From Chthonomonas calidirosea (GTDB lineage Bacteria; Armatimonadota; Chthonomonadetes; Chthonomonadales; CAJBBX01): DNA of 64,000 bases. Shown one piece after another: positions 28,296-38,487 of this stretch. Both the position numbers and the translations under genes were made by a program. Each line of letters opens with the position of its first letter. The stretch's first letter is position 1. The DNA lies in NCBI GenBank assembly GCA_020722705.1, contig DYKI01000003.1, forward strand, positions 4,177 through 68,176, written 5' to 3'. The notes beneath the pieces were generated by a model, which worked only from the letters and a program-made list of their open reading frames with translations, had not been told where the DNA came from and ran no database searches.

Positions 28296-28904
28296 CTAAG
28301 AACTGGTTGATGGTGCGTTGCGGGCCTTGCGCATCTCCTCGAGAAGGGGCACGATCCGGTCGTAGACGATGATCGTCTCACGAATCCACAGGTTAAAGAA
28401 CTGGGCGTCGGTGCCGTCGGCGGTTCGGAAGTCGCGGCGAGCCATGGCGACGATTTCTCTGATTTGTCGCTCGGTCAGCACCGCACGTATGCCGTCGGAC
28501 ACCAACTTCAGGTTCTTGTCTTGTTCGACCTTGCGGCGATCGGCGAAGTCCTTCTGCAACTGCTTGATGCGGTCGTCGAGCTCCTGCGGGATACTGCCGC
28601 CGGAGAGCAGTTTGCGGCGCGTGTCGGCAATCTGGTTGGCGACAGCCTTGAGCGGTTCGACGGCAAGCTCGATGATGCGGCGGTTGTACGCCTTTTGGCG
28701 TTCCTTGATCAGCGGGATGATCTTATCGAGTTGTCCAGCCGTCAGGTTCAGGGGGTTCAGCAGCCGAAGCTTATCGAGGTCATCTATGTGGGCGAAAATG
28801 GCTTCGGTCTCGCGAGGCATAACCGGGTCGTCCTGGGCTGTGGCCGGTCGCGCGCCGTATGCGATCAGGACTGTGGAGACGAGGACGAATAGTGTTCGGA
28901 CCAT
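28296..28904 (-). CDS. Secreted helical protein with two LTxxQ motifs (Spy/CpxP-like)
   Basis: Signal peptide; LNLTAGQ and VLTERQ; GGAGG SD. Confidence 0.6.
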   Translation of the reverse strand: MVRTLFVLVSTVLIAYGARPATAQDDPVMPRETEAIFAHIDDLDKLRLLNPLNLTAGQLDKIIPLIKERQKAYNRRIIELAVEPLKAVANQIADTRRKLLSGGSIPQELDDRIKQLQKDFADRRKVEQDKNLKLVSDGIRAVLTERQIREIVAMARRDFRTADGTDAQFFNLWIRETIIVYDRIVPLLEEMRKARNAPSTSS

Positions 28905-29079
28905 GGTGACCTCCAGTGCGCCGAACCAGGGCCGCGGCGATCGCGACCTCCACCTTTGGCCGACGCGCGTATAGGTTACCCAATCGGGCGCTCATTGGAA
29001 GGTTCATCACGGCATCACGGAGAAACACCGATCGGAGCTGCCCGGCCGCGAGCGAAGGGGGCCTGCTCCGGGAGATAAG

Positions 29080-32000
29080 ATGATCCTTTCATTTGCGCTC
29101 CTGTGCGTGTCCATGGCATCGGCCATGGCGCCCGAGTCCGTGCTTCTGCATGACTTCCGTGACACCTCGGCGTGGCGGCTGCACCAGGATGGTGGACGAG
29201 GAGTGGCAACCGTCCGCGATTCGAGCGGCATGCGCATAACGTACACGGATGCGCCTCCGCACTGGGGCAATCTCGTGGCGGCATGCAAGGTTCCGCGTCG
29301 TGCGGTAGGTCTGGCCGTTCGCCTTACCAAGCATCACGCATCACCGCGCGCTGCCATGCATATCTGGCTGCTTGAGCCTGACGGTGATGCGTGGCTGCTG
29401 GAAGTTCGATCGGGCAGCGACGGATTCGGGAGATGGAAGGCCGGGCGCCAATCGCTGGTGATGCCCATCGGAGCGTTTCAGTTTCAATCCCGTGGGCCGG
29501 GAACCCGGAACATGCCGTCCTGCGACCGTATCCTGATCGGGTGTAACTACGGGGATCTCGATGTCACCATGGAAAGGATGGAGTGGATCATGGCACAGGA
29601 ACTACAGCGCGATCTGCCCGATCCTGAGCCGGTGAAGATCGTTCAAGGCAGGCTCGGCTCGGTCGGCATCCTCAGGATGACGGGCGCACTCCCGCTGGGG
29701 GGCTTGCCGACCCATCAGCCGGAGCGACTTGCAGCCGTGCTGGAATCGGCGGGTTTCGGGGTCACGCTGCTCTCGCCAAGCCAGATGCGTGCTGAGGGAG
29801 CCCTTAGCCGCAACGTGCTTGATGCAGTGATCCTGCCCTATGGTCCGTTTTTTCCGGAGGAGTGTCGTGACGCCTTCATACGTTACCTCAAAGGCGGGGG
29901 ATCGTTTCTGAGCGCCGACGGCTATGCGTTCGACCGGCTTATCAGGCGGGCGCGATCGGGCTGGACGGACACGCTGTCCGCAGTCACCGCTGAGCAAGCA
30001 TCATCGGCACTCGCAACCGCATCTGGGGCGATGAACACACGCCACGGACGACAGGGCGATGCCATGTGGTTCGGCCCAGAGCAAATCGGCGTCTTCGATC
30101 CCGGCTTCCCTCTCACGAACTGCGTATCTGCTCGGGCATCGGCGTGGTATCGGGCCGTGGGTGGCAGGGACATCGTGTATCGTTGGACGCGCGGAGTGAC
30201 TGGATACGCGTCGTGTGCTTTGACCGGTGACAATAACCCGGTCTTCCCCCCGACCTATCGGCGCTGGATCCCGCTTCTGGAAGGGAAGGATGCGTCGGGA
30301 CGCGATCGAGGGGCTGTGCTGGCTCTCGTCCGGAACTACGCCGGCGCGTTCCGTGGCTCATCGTGGGCGTTCAGCGGACTCACCGACGGCACCGACATCC
30401 TTCTGGGCGACGCGAGCAAGCGGGCGCTCCTCGTGGATGTGGTACGCCGGCTCGTCGAGGGAGTATTCCTGCACGGTTTGGCGACGGAGTACCCGTTGTA
30501 CAAGGCCGGTGAGACCGTGACAGCGCGCGTGAAGGCTGCGTGCTTTGGACGGAGTGACTTTAGCGGGACGCTGACGTTCAGATTCTCCACCGGCGAGAGG
30601 CGGAGCCTCAGTGTGCGCCTGCGAGCGGGAGAGGAGGCGACACTGTCGGTTGAGGTTCCGGCTCGGTCGGTGCGGACCGGGTACGTGCCCTTTGCCGCGC
30701 GGCTTGCCGGCGCGTCAGGCGTCGTTGACGAGATCAGGAGCGGCTTTTGCGTTGAGAACAAGGCGGTGGTTGCGTCAGGGCCGAGGGTGGAGTGGCGCGG
30801 GAACTACTTCACGCTCAACGGCAGACCGCAGATCATTCTGGGATCGAATCAGACAGGCATGATGTTCTTCGCCGAAGGCGAAGGGCCCGCGACGTGGGAA
30901 CGCGACTTCGCGATAATGGCACGCGCGGGTCTCCGTGTGCTTCGCATTCTTCACTTCTCGCCGTTCGCCGCGAATGGATATCAGGGACAGGCTGCCAACA
31001 GCCCTGCCGACCTCGTGAACCGTCCCGAGCGCCTGTGTCGGCAGATGGATGCTATCGTGCAGACCGCCCAGCGACATGGGATCGTAGTGTTCCTGACCTT
31101 GCATGATTGGATGCCGGTGGGGCTCACGGACAGCGATCTGCAACATCAGCGGGAGTGGAACCGGTTCTGGGCGGCGCGCTATCGCGACGTTCCTGGCATC
31201 ATCTACGACGTTCAGAACGAGCCATCGGTGGACGTGCCCGATCGGCCTGACATCGTCGCCCTCTGGAATGGATGGCTGCGGGGCCGATACGGAACGGACG
31301 AGGAGCTCAGGCGTGTATGGCACGTTTCCCCACCCGAGGCTGCCATGCCATTAGTGCCGCTTTCTGGCGGACCGGAACGATGGGAAAACGTTCGTGCGGC
31401 CGACAGGAAGCGATTCGAGGAGTATCTCCTCAACCGCTGGGCCGAGGCCAATGTCAAGGGTGTGAAGGAAGGCGATCACGACGCCCTGGTTTGTATCGGA
31501 TATCTGCCTTCCATGAGTCCGGCCGACAAAGTCCTTGGCGTGAAACACACCGACTTTTCGAACATGCACTACTACGGTCCCGTGGATGGACTGCCAATGG
31601 AGCTGGCGCTCATTGATCGCCGCGCCTACGGGAAGGGACTGACGCTCGGCGAGTTCGGTGCGATGGAAGCCCATGCGCGGCGCAATGCCGGTGCGGATGG
31701 CATGCCCGTTGAAGCGTCTGTCGAGCGATTCGCCCACACGGTACATGCTGCGGTCGGCTTGGGCGCAGCCATGATCTGCAACTGGTCTCTCAAGGAAATG
31801 GACCAGATGGTGTTTCCTTGGGGCCTGTATCAGCGAAACACACCGGCAGCCAAACCATGGGCCGAAACGTATGGGGCTATGGCGCGCGCTCTGGAGGCAT
31901 TCGAGCCGGAATATCGAGCGCCCGAGACCTTCATTCTGATACCCGACGCGCACCGCATCGGCCCACGTTACGAGGAGCTGCATGCTGCGATCAGGCGAAG

Positions 32001-32616
32001 CGTCGGAACCCTCCTCGACCTTAATGTACCCTTCGGCATGCTCAACGAGGAGGATTTCGGGACGCCGCCCGCCTCAGCCAGGGTGATCGTCTGGCCTATA
32101 CCGTACTGCCCGAACGATCGTACGTTCGACGCTGTTCGGCGATGGGTGCACGAAGGGGGAACCCTGTATTTGTCCGGGAGCGTCGCGTTCGACGATTCAC
32201 GGAGACCCAACCGGGCAGGTCGGATGGTCGCGCTCGGCCTGACGGGCGGCCAGACGGCTCCCTTTGAGCCATGGACGGGGGCGCCGCTGCAGAGAACATC
32301 CGTCGGAAAGGGCCATGTTGTGTACTCGCCTGATCCGGTCGAGCTCCGTGACTCGGCACAGACTCCGTCCGTGTACTCCGAGGCGCTCTCGGCGGCAGGC
32401 GTCCGTCCGGTCCCTGTTCGGACCAATGGAGGTCGCGTACGCGCCCAGCTTCTCCATGGACGACGCGGGACCGCTCTGTATGTATTCGAGCGGATGGACG
32501 ATGGCCACCACCCTGTGCGCGCGTGGGTAGAGAACACGTCGGTGGCCATCACCCTGGGCCGACGCGCATGCGCCTTTGTACTCGTTGATGAACGCGGCAA
32601 GGCGAGGCGGCTATAG
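29080..32616 (+). CDS. Large secreted clan GH-A glycoside hydrolase (GH5/GH42-like) with an N-terminal CBM-like domain
   Basis: Signal peptide; YDVQNEP (acid/base), MHYY, LGEFG (nucleophile); GH42-like WLRGRYGT..L..W insert and a trimerisation-like C-domain. Confidence 0.7.
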   Translation: MILSFALLCVSMASAMAPESVLLHDFRDTSAWRLHQDGGRGVATVRDSSGMRITYTDAPPHWGNLVAACKVPRRAVGLAVRLTKHHASPRAAMHIWLLEPDGDAWLLEVRSGSDGFGRWKAGRQSLVMPIGAFQFQSRGPGTRNMPSCDRILIGCNYGDLDVTMERMEWIMAQELQRDLPDPEPVKIVQGRLGSVGILRMTGALPLGGLPTHQPERLAAVLESAGFGVTLLSPSQMRAEGALSRNVLDAVILPYGPFFPEECRDAFIRYLKGGGSFLSADGYAFDRLIRRARSGWTDTLSAVTAEQASSALATASGAMNTRHGRQGDAMWFGPEQIGVFDPGFPLTNCVSARASAWYRAVGGRDIVYRWTRGVTGYASCALTGDNNPVFPPTYRRWIPLLEGKDASGRDRGAVLALVRNYAGAFRGSSWAFSGLTDGTDILLGDASKRALLVDVVRRLVEGVFLHGLATEYPLYKAGETVTARVKAACFGRSDFSGTLTFRFSTGERRSLSVRLRAGEEATLSVEVPARSVRTGYVPFAARLAGASGVVDEIRSGFCVENKAVVASGPRVEWRGNYFTLNGRPQIILGSNQTGMMFFAEGEGPATWERDFAIMARAGLRVLRILHFSPFAANGYQGQAANSPADLVNRPERLCRQMDAIVQTAQRHGIVVFLTLHDWMPVGLTDSDLQHQREWNRFWAARYRDVPGIIYDVQNEPSVDVPDRPDIVALWNGWLRGRYGTDEELRRVWHVSPPEAAMPLVPLSGGPERWENVRAADRKRFEEYLLNRWAEANVKGVKEGDHDALVCIGYLPSMSPADKVLGVKHTDFSNMHYYGPVDGLPMELALIDRRAYGKGLTLGEFGAMEAHARRNAGADGMPVEASVERFAHTVHAAVGLGAAMICNWSLKEMDQMVFPWGLYQRNTPAAKPWAETYGAMARALEAFEPEYRAPETFILIPDAHRIGPRYEELHAAIRRSVGTLLDLNVPFGMLNEEDFGTPPASARVIVWPIPYCPNDRTFDAVRRWVHEGGTLYLSGSVAFDDSRRPNRAGRMVALGLTGGQTAPFEPWTGAPLQRTSVGKGHVVYSPDPVELRDSAQTPSVYSEALSAAGVRPVPVRTNGGRVRAQLLHGRRGTALYVFERMDDGHHPVRAWVENTSVAITLGRRACAFVLVDERGKARRL

Positions 32617-35600
32617 AGCGCCCGGCGGCGATTGGGCCGGCCATCGGTACATCGCGGCTCCGTTGAGGGGCAGAGCCCACCATGCGCCTTTCGGGATCGG
32701 GCGGACCTCCGAAGCCGAGCCGCCTTTGGCCGTGACCTTTGCCGGACGGGTGAAGCGGAGGGCGTTGAGCTCCAACGTGAATGGTCTCCCGCTCGGGTAG
32801 GGGATGAGAACCCAATCGTTGCCTTCGCGCCGGATCAGCACGCTTCCGTTCGTTCGTACAGTCGAGAACGTGACGATGCGCCCGTCGGCGTTCAGCCTTG
32901 CGAGACCGGAGCGGGCCTTTGTGGTCGGCCCCGACGCGTTCGGCTCAAAGGAAATGGTCGTCCCGTTGCCTGTGACGGTGAGCGTGCCCAGGATCGAGCG
33001 GCCCGACCGGTCACTGGACGCTTCCATCTGGGGACGCCCCAGGTCGGCCCTATAGAAGCCCGTCGTCCATGTGTAGACGCCGTCGGCGAGATCGGTCGGC
33101 AGTTCGATGGTATGCGGCCCATCCGTGACTGTGTCTCCAGCACGCCACTCGGATGTCCTGCCCGGAAGAGGATGGTCCTGCTGAAAGCGAATGCCCTCGT
33201 CGTACGCTTCCCAAGTGGGGCGGCTGAAGTGGACGAACGCAACGTAGTCTGCGGGCACCGGGCCGGAAACGTGCCAGGCATATGTTGCCGTGAACCTGCG
33301 GGGGCCGACCTGGCGAAAGCCTTTGACCGAGGGTGTCACTGGAATCACGCCGGAAACGTTCCAGTCTTCGGCCGGGCGCGCGTTGGCGAAGACGGTATCG
33401 CTGGTCTCGGCGTAGTCGCAGACAACGCCGTCGCGAATCGCCGTGTAGGCAGTCACGCCGGCTCCATGGGCGATCCAGCCGTGCTGGGGTAAGGTTGCGC
33501 CGTGTGCCCGCCAAGGCTCGCTTCCGTTGTTGGCGATGATCGTGAGACCGTTGGCGTATGTGATGCGGGGCTTGGACCAATCGCCGGCCTTCGCCGCGGC
33601 GGATGCGCTCAACCATTTTCCGGATCGGTGGTACCGGATCGAGCGAACGGTCGTGCGCGAGTGCCGCGCTGCGACTGGGGTCGTCAGATGGTGTTCGAGC
33701 CATGCCAACGGCTCCTTGCTCCAAGTTGACGCAGCAAGGAAGCCCGTGTGACCGTAGACAACCTCCTGAACTCGGTACTGGTCCAGAAGCGCCATGGGCG
33801 GGACGGCGCCCCACGGCAAGTTGTCCCACCATCGCTCATAGTAGCCCTGCCCGTGGTTGATCTGAAGCGGGTGGATCTTGAGCAGGTCGAAGTCAGCCAT
33901 CAGCGGAGCGCTCAGGCCCGCGTTCGCCGGCCAACCTATGCCGAACTGGGCCTCGACGCCGTCGAGCATCCCGCTCCAGTACCAGTGGTTGCAGCCTTCT
34001 CCGAATACAGGTCCGCCATGGGTCTTGCGCTCATAGGCGAACAGAGCGCGATGCGCGGCGCGTACCCTCGCGAATGTTCCGGAGCCATCCTCGCCGGCCC
34101 GATGGTCCACGTGGAACCAGGGCGGCACAGAGGAGTGAACGTCAAGGTAACAGGCGTTCGTGCCGAATCGTTGGTGGATCTCTGGTGACTGGGTGCCGGC
34201 AAGGGGCAGAATGGCGTTCGGCTGAACAGCGAAGGACTGTATCTTCGTGCCCGGGTTGTACCAGGCCTGCACACGCTTGCCGGATGGGTCCAGGGCTATG
34301 TGGCGTTCGTCGAAGTGGTCATAGTTCGGATAGTAGTCCACGTAGTTCTCGTGGAGCGCGATGAGATACCCCAAGCGGGCGGCTGTCGCGACCAGGAGCT
34401 TCATGTTGGCGTCGCCGCCCTTATCCGGGGCGGCTGGGAGATGCATGGGAAGAGCGTTGTCATATCCGCTCCGCTGCCAGTCATGAATGATAACCGTGCA
34501 GCTCTTAAGGCCGAGCCTGTGTAGAGCTTCCAGCTTGCGCGCTATGTCGGCGTACCTTCCGCCCCATATGTCAAGGACGAGCCGTCGGCCAACCTCGTGG
34601 CGATAGGGGCTCGGCACATTTGGAATGTTGGGCAGTACCTCGGCGAGATGCCACGCAGGCGCGAAGACCGCCGTTTCCTTGAGCTTCCGGCGCGTGCCAT
34701 CGGTGAGGCGCGCGTATGTGGCCACTGTGCCGTTGTGGGCGGAAGCGTTCGAGCTGGTCCAGTCAAGGTAGGCGTTGAGAAACAGACCCTCCTGGATGGC
34801 GTAGTGGACCATGCCGTAATAGGGAACTGCTATGGGACGGCGGCGCAGGACCGGCCCCCAGGCGCCGGCGTCGAAGGCCTCCACAGACGGATCGTCACAG
34901 ACAGCGGACAGCAGCAGCGCTTTGCCCGCCAGAGAAGCCGTGAGCGTCAGATGTGCCGTTCGACCGGCCACACGGTACCACTTGTCACACACAACGCGCT
35001 TCCCGGACGCGCGGAGTGCAAGGCGTTCGAGGCGTGCTTCGCTGGTCCAGCGCACCTTGGCCGCATAGACGGCTTCAATGGTATGCGCTCGGCCTCCGCG
35101 CATGGCAGTTGTGGCCCGGATGCGCCCCAAATCTCCTACGCCGGGCGACCAGATGTACTCGATGACACCGTCGGCGCCTGCGTATCTGAGCCGGGCGACG
35201 TCCGCTGCGACCGACGCGCCGACGCGCGCGGCGAACCCATTGCTGGGGGCGACCCCATGCCGTGCGGTGTTCACCATCTTGGCCATGTCCAGCTCTGGAG
35301 GTTCCCCTTGCCGAACGGGCGTTGGCCGCATCCCTTCGAATATGACTGTCCGATCGGCCCAGAGCGAATAGTCGAACGATGCGTCTCGGTTTGGCCCGGG
35401 ATCGGTCTCGAAGCGAACCACGATGCGCTGGGACTTGATGCCGCTCAGGTCGAGAGTGAATGGCCTCCATTTGGCATCGGACTGATGCTGCTCCATGAGC
35501 TTGCGACCATTGACCAGCACGCGGAATGTGACGCCATCCGACCGGTCGGCAAACTCGGCCTTCATGGCTGTTGCGCCCCGAACAAAGATGCGCTTGGTCA

Positions 35601-35940
35601 TGGGGTTGCGGAATGCGAACTCCTGGAATGCGGCGCCGACCCCGCCGCGCCAGGGGCAGTGAAGGAGCCACGCCCGACGTCCGGCCTGCTGACCGAACTC
35701 CTGACAGGACACACCGGTTGCTTCGTCGAAGTGACCTGCCCAGCCCGTCGGCATGTCCTGCTCGGATGCGCCGTCACGCCTGAACCCGACCCGGTAGAGG
35801 CCCAGATCGTCGAGCCGCATCTGGGCTTGATCGGGGCGAATCAAGGGCGCCGGCTGCCCGGCGGCTGCATGCGGCTGCGTGGCGAATAGTACCGCCAGTG
35901 AGACGGCCGCCATCAGCGCGCGAGGGGCTATGCGGTCCAT
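32611..35940 (-). CDS. Secreted DUF5696/GH129-like glycoside hydrolase
   Basis: Signal peptide; HDWQRSGYDNALP, ALHENYVDYYP, YLDVHS, VFGEG. Confidence 0.65.
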   Translation of the reverse strand: MDRIAPRALMAAVSLAVLFATQPHAAAGQPAPLIRPDQAQMRLDDLGLYRVGFRRDGASEQDMPTGWAGHFDEATGVSCQEFGQQAGRRAWLLHCPWRGGVGAAFQEFAFRNPMTKRIFVRGATAMKAEFADRSDGVTFRVLVNGRKLMEQHQSDAKWRPFTLDLSGIKSQRIVVRFETDPGPNRDASFDYSLWADRTVIFEGMRPTPVRQGEPPELDMAKMVNTARHGVAPSNGFAARVGASVAADVARLRYAGADGVIEYIWSPGVGDLGRIRATTAMRGGRAHTIEAVYAAKVRWTSEARLERLALRASGKRVVCDKWYRVAGRTAHLTLTASLAGKALLLSAVCDDPSVEAFDAGAWGPVLRRRPIAVPYYGMVHYAIQEGLFLNAYLDWTSSNASAHNGTVATYARLTDGTRRKLKETAVFAPAWHLAEVLPNIPNVPSPYRHEVGRRLVLDIWGGRYADIARKLEALHRLGLKSCTVIIHDWQRSGYDNALPMHLPAAPDKGGDANMKLLVATAARLGYLIALHENYVDYYPNYDHFDERHIALDPSGKRVQAWYNPGTKIQSFAVQPNAILPLAGTQSPEIHQRFGTNACYLDVHSSVPPWFHVDHRAGEDGSGTFARVRAAHRALFAYERKTHGGPVFGEGCNHWYWSGMLDGVEAQFGIGWPANAGLSAPLMADFDLLKIHPLQINHGQGYYERWWDNLPWGAVPPMALLDQYRVQEVVYGHTGFLAASTWSKEPLAWLEHHLTTPVAARHSRTTVRSIRYHRSGKWLSASAAAKAGDWSKPRITYANGLTIIANNGSEPWRAHGATLPQHGWIAHGAGVTAYTAIRDGVVCDYAETSDTVFANARPAEDWNVSGVIPVTPSVKGFRQVGPRRFTATYAWHVSGPVPADYVAFVHFSRPTWEAYDEGIRFQQDHPLPGRTSEWRAGDTVTDGPHTIELPTDLADGVYTWTTGFYRADLGRPQMEASSDRSGRSILGTLTVTGNGTTISFEPNASGPTTKARSGLARLNADGRIVTFSTVRTNGSVLIRREGNDWVLIPYPSGRPFTLELNALRFTRPAKVTAKGGSASEVRPIPKGAWWALPLNGAAMYRWPAQSPPGAL

Positions 35941-37148
35941 GCTGCGCGTATCTTCTCGATGGCCGATGCGATATCGTCCATGTCTGCGGCGTCGCCGAGA
36001 AGCATCGTCTGGAACAACCACACGGCATCGTCGCAGACCTGTTCGCATACCGGACACGCAACCCTGCTGTAGTCAACGTGCCGTCCGGCCTTGCACCACG
36101 AACCCACGCCCGCAGTTTTCCGCTGGAATACGATTTCCTTGTACAGGGGCACATAGCCCGCCGAGACGGGGACGCCTTCGGCCCCCATGGCTTTGAGAAA
36201 GTCGCCGCGCGAGCGTCCGCCGAACTCGCTGGAGTCGTAACGGAACACGTAGAGGTGGTACGCATGGCGCGTGACCCGTTCGTCCGGCGGCAACGTGCGG
36301 ATGCCCGGAATCTGGTCCAGAAGTGCGGTGAGCCTGAGCGCATTGGAGGTTCGGCGTTCCGTCTGCTCCGGCAGCCGCGACAACTGCGCGAGCAGTATGC
36401 CTGCCTGCCATTCTGTCATGCGGAAGTTGCCGCCCAGGACGTGGTGCTCGTACCATTTGCCCGATCGAGTGCGTCCGACGTTATGGACTGACCAGCACTT
36501 GTCGGCCACATCTTCTTTGTTCGTGACGATGCAGCCGCCCTCGCCGGCGTTGAGGTTCTTGCTGGCTTGAAAGCTGAAGGTGCCGCAGTCGCCCAGAGCG
36601 CCCACTTTGCGTCCTCGCCATTCGGCTGCATGAGCCTGGGCCGCATCCTCGATGACGATCAGGTGATGCTTGGCGGCAAGCGCCAGGATGCCATCCATAT
36701 CGGCAGGACAGCCCGCGATGTGTACGGGGATGATCGCTTTCGTTCGCTCGGTGATGGCGGCCTCGGCAGCGGCAGGATCAAGGTTCAGGTTCGTCGGCTC
36801 AATGTCGGCGAACACGGGAGTGGCTCCAACCGCCAGTACGCTGCTGGCCGTCGCGATGAAGGTGTAAGGCGGAACGATCACCTCATCGCCGCAGCCGATC
36901 CCGAGCGCCCGGAGAGCTATCTCGATCGCCGCGGTGCCGTTGGTGACGGCCACCGCATGCTTGGCGTCCTGCATCGCTGCAAACGCGCTCTCGAACTCTG
37001 GGACCCGCCTGCCGCCCACGGCCCACCATTGCCCGGATCTCAGGACGTCGAGGATTATCTCCTCCTCCTCGCGCCCGAATACCGGCCACGACGGCCATGG
37101 TGATGTGCGTACCGGATTGCCGCCATCAACCGCAAGTTTCTCTGTCAT
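35928..37148 (-). CDS. DegT/DnrJ/EryC1/StrS aminotransferase
   Basis: TNGTAA, GDEVIVPPYTF, IEDAAQAH, FSFQASKNLNAGEGG, GGNFRMTE. Confidence 0.93.
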   Translation of the reverse strand: MTEKLAVDGGNPVRTSPWPSWPVFGREEEEIILDVLRSGQWWAVGGRRVPEFESAFAAMQDAKHAVAVTNGTAAIEIALRALGIGCGDEVIVPPYTFIATASSVLAVGATPVFADIEPTNLNLDPAAAEAAITERTKAIIPVHIAGCPADMDGILALAAKHHLIVIEDAAQAHAAEWRGRKVGALGDCGTFSFQASKNLNAGEGGCIVTNKEDVADKCWSVHNVGRTRSGKWYEHHVLGGNFRMTEWQAGILLAQLSRLPEQTERRTSNALRLTALLDQIPGIRTLPPDERVTRHAYHLYVFRYDSSEFGGRSRGDFLKAMGAEGVPVSAGYVPLYKEIVFQRKTAGVGSWCKAGRHVDYSRVACPVCEQVCDDAVWLFQTMLLGDAADMDDIASAIEKIRAAWTA

Positions 37149-37639
37149 GTCTCGCTCCTCATCATATGGGCGTGGCATACCGCGACGGCCAGGGCATCAG
37201 CCGCATCGTCGGGAGCCGGCGCCGCTTCCAACCCCAGTATTCGCTGTATCATGAACTGTACCTGCCTCTTGTCGGCGCCTCCGTACCCCACCACAGCCTG
37301 CTTCACGGCGACAGGCGAGTACTCAGTCCACGGTATCCCGCGCCGCGCTGCAGCAAGCAGTACCACACCGATCGTTCGGCCCACGCTGAACGCCGTCGTC
37401 TCGTTATGCGAGAAGAACAGACGCTCCGTTGCGAGTGCATCAACGGCATGCTCGTCGAGCAGGGCTCCAATGGAGTCATAGATCCGTGCGAGCCGCTCCG
37501 GCGCTGCCTCTCGCGGGCTTGTGCGGACGACCCCGAACGCGACCGCGGACAACGCCGAGCCGGCCTTGCGGACTACCCCGTAACCGGTGGTCGCCGTACC
37601 GGGATCAATGCCGAGTATCCTGATGACCTCTCCACTCAC
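37145..37639 (-). CDS. ruvC: Holliday junction resolvase RuvC
   Basis: ILGIDPG..TGYG, TERLFF..N, EYSP..VKQAVVGYG.ADK.QV, DDAADALAVAVCH. Confidence 0.95.
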   Translation of the reverse strand: MSGEVIRILGIDPGTATTGYGVVRKAGSALSAVAFGVVRTSPREAAPERLARIYDSIGALLDEHAVDALATERLFFSHNETTAFSVGRTIGVVLLAAARRGIPWTEYSPVAVKQAVVGYGGADKRQVQFMIQRILGLEAAPAPDDAADALAVAVCHAHMMRSET

Positions 37640-37674
37640 CGTTCGTCTTTCGCCCTCACCTGTGGGGGCTCGGG

Positions 37675-38481
37675 TCAGTCCGACCCTCGGTAGACCAGCC
37701 ACGAACAGAGCAGCATTGCCGTGACGCCGAAAACGACCAGTGGCCACGTGGACTGCTGGACTGTTAAGCGAGCCGCGGAATAGCCGCCAAGTGCGCCGCC
37801 GAGTGCGCCGCCAATGCCGAATGCAGGCCCGATCACCTCATCGCGTTCCATCCGAATGAGATAACCCACGGCGGGCAGGAGGCCCGCCAGCGCCGCTATG
37901 GCCAGCGACGAGATCACAGCCTCATGGGGAGGAACGGCCGCGGCATACACCAGGGCAGGTACAAGAAACACGCCGGTGGGCAGCGTAAGGGATCGGGCGA
38001 GCCATCCGCAGATCGCTCCTACGGCCAGCCACCCGAGCACGCCTTCGGGCAGCCAGAGAGCCAGGTTCGCGGGTCCGCCAAAACGGCCCCGGATGCCGTC
38101 GCCGACAGTGTACAGGAGCGCGAACGTTACGGCCGTCCGCCCGAGTCGCACTGCAAGGCTTCGGGGCCCCAGACTAAGGCGCGCGGCAACGATCGCTCCG
38201 ATCGTCGCGCCTGCGGCCATCGAAACGGAGATCGCGAAATCGGGGCGCCCTGCGCCGGCCGCAACCCAGGCTGCAACGGCGCACAGGGAAGCCCACATGC
38301 CGAAGAGGAACGCGACGGCAGATGCCTTCGGCGTCGCATACCCGAGCATGAATGTCAGATACGGCGAGGCGGCTGCCTGGGCGGACAGGCCGCTGAGCCC
38401 GCTCCACGTACCCAGAACAATGCCTGACAGAAGCATGACGATGCGCTTAATGCGCGGGACGTTCAGCTTCCGCCCGGGCAT
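37675..38481 (-). CDS. TauE/SafE (TSUP) family membrane protein
   Basis: Two hydrophobic repeats with GATIGAIVAARL / GGALGGYSAARL and GVFLVPAL. Confidence 0.65.
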   Translation of the reverse strand: MPGRKLNVPRIKRIVMLLSGIVLGTWSGLSGLSAQAAASPYLTFMLGYATPKASAVAFLFGMWASLCAVAAWVAAGAGRPDFAISVSMAAGATIGAIVAARLSLGPRSLAVRLGRTAVTFALLYTVGDGIRGRFGGPANLALWLPEGVLGWLAVGAICGWLARSLTLPTGVFLVPALVYAAAVPPHEAVISSLAIAALAGLLPAVGYLIRMERDEVIGPAFGIGGALGGALGGYSAARLTVQQSTWPLVVFGVTAMLLCSWLVYRGSD

Positions 38482-38487
38482 GGCCGC

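Noticed and set aside
29005-29020. Tandem CATCACGG x2 in a divergent intergenic region
   Set aside because: Too short to distinguish from chance without conservation data.
34597-35889. Long alternative-strand ORFs (also 24705-25985, 53991-55190, 59491-60864, 38611-39552, 60846-61799)
   Set aside because: They lie antisense to well-supported genes, have no motifs, and are expected shadows in GC-rich DNA.
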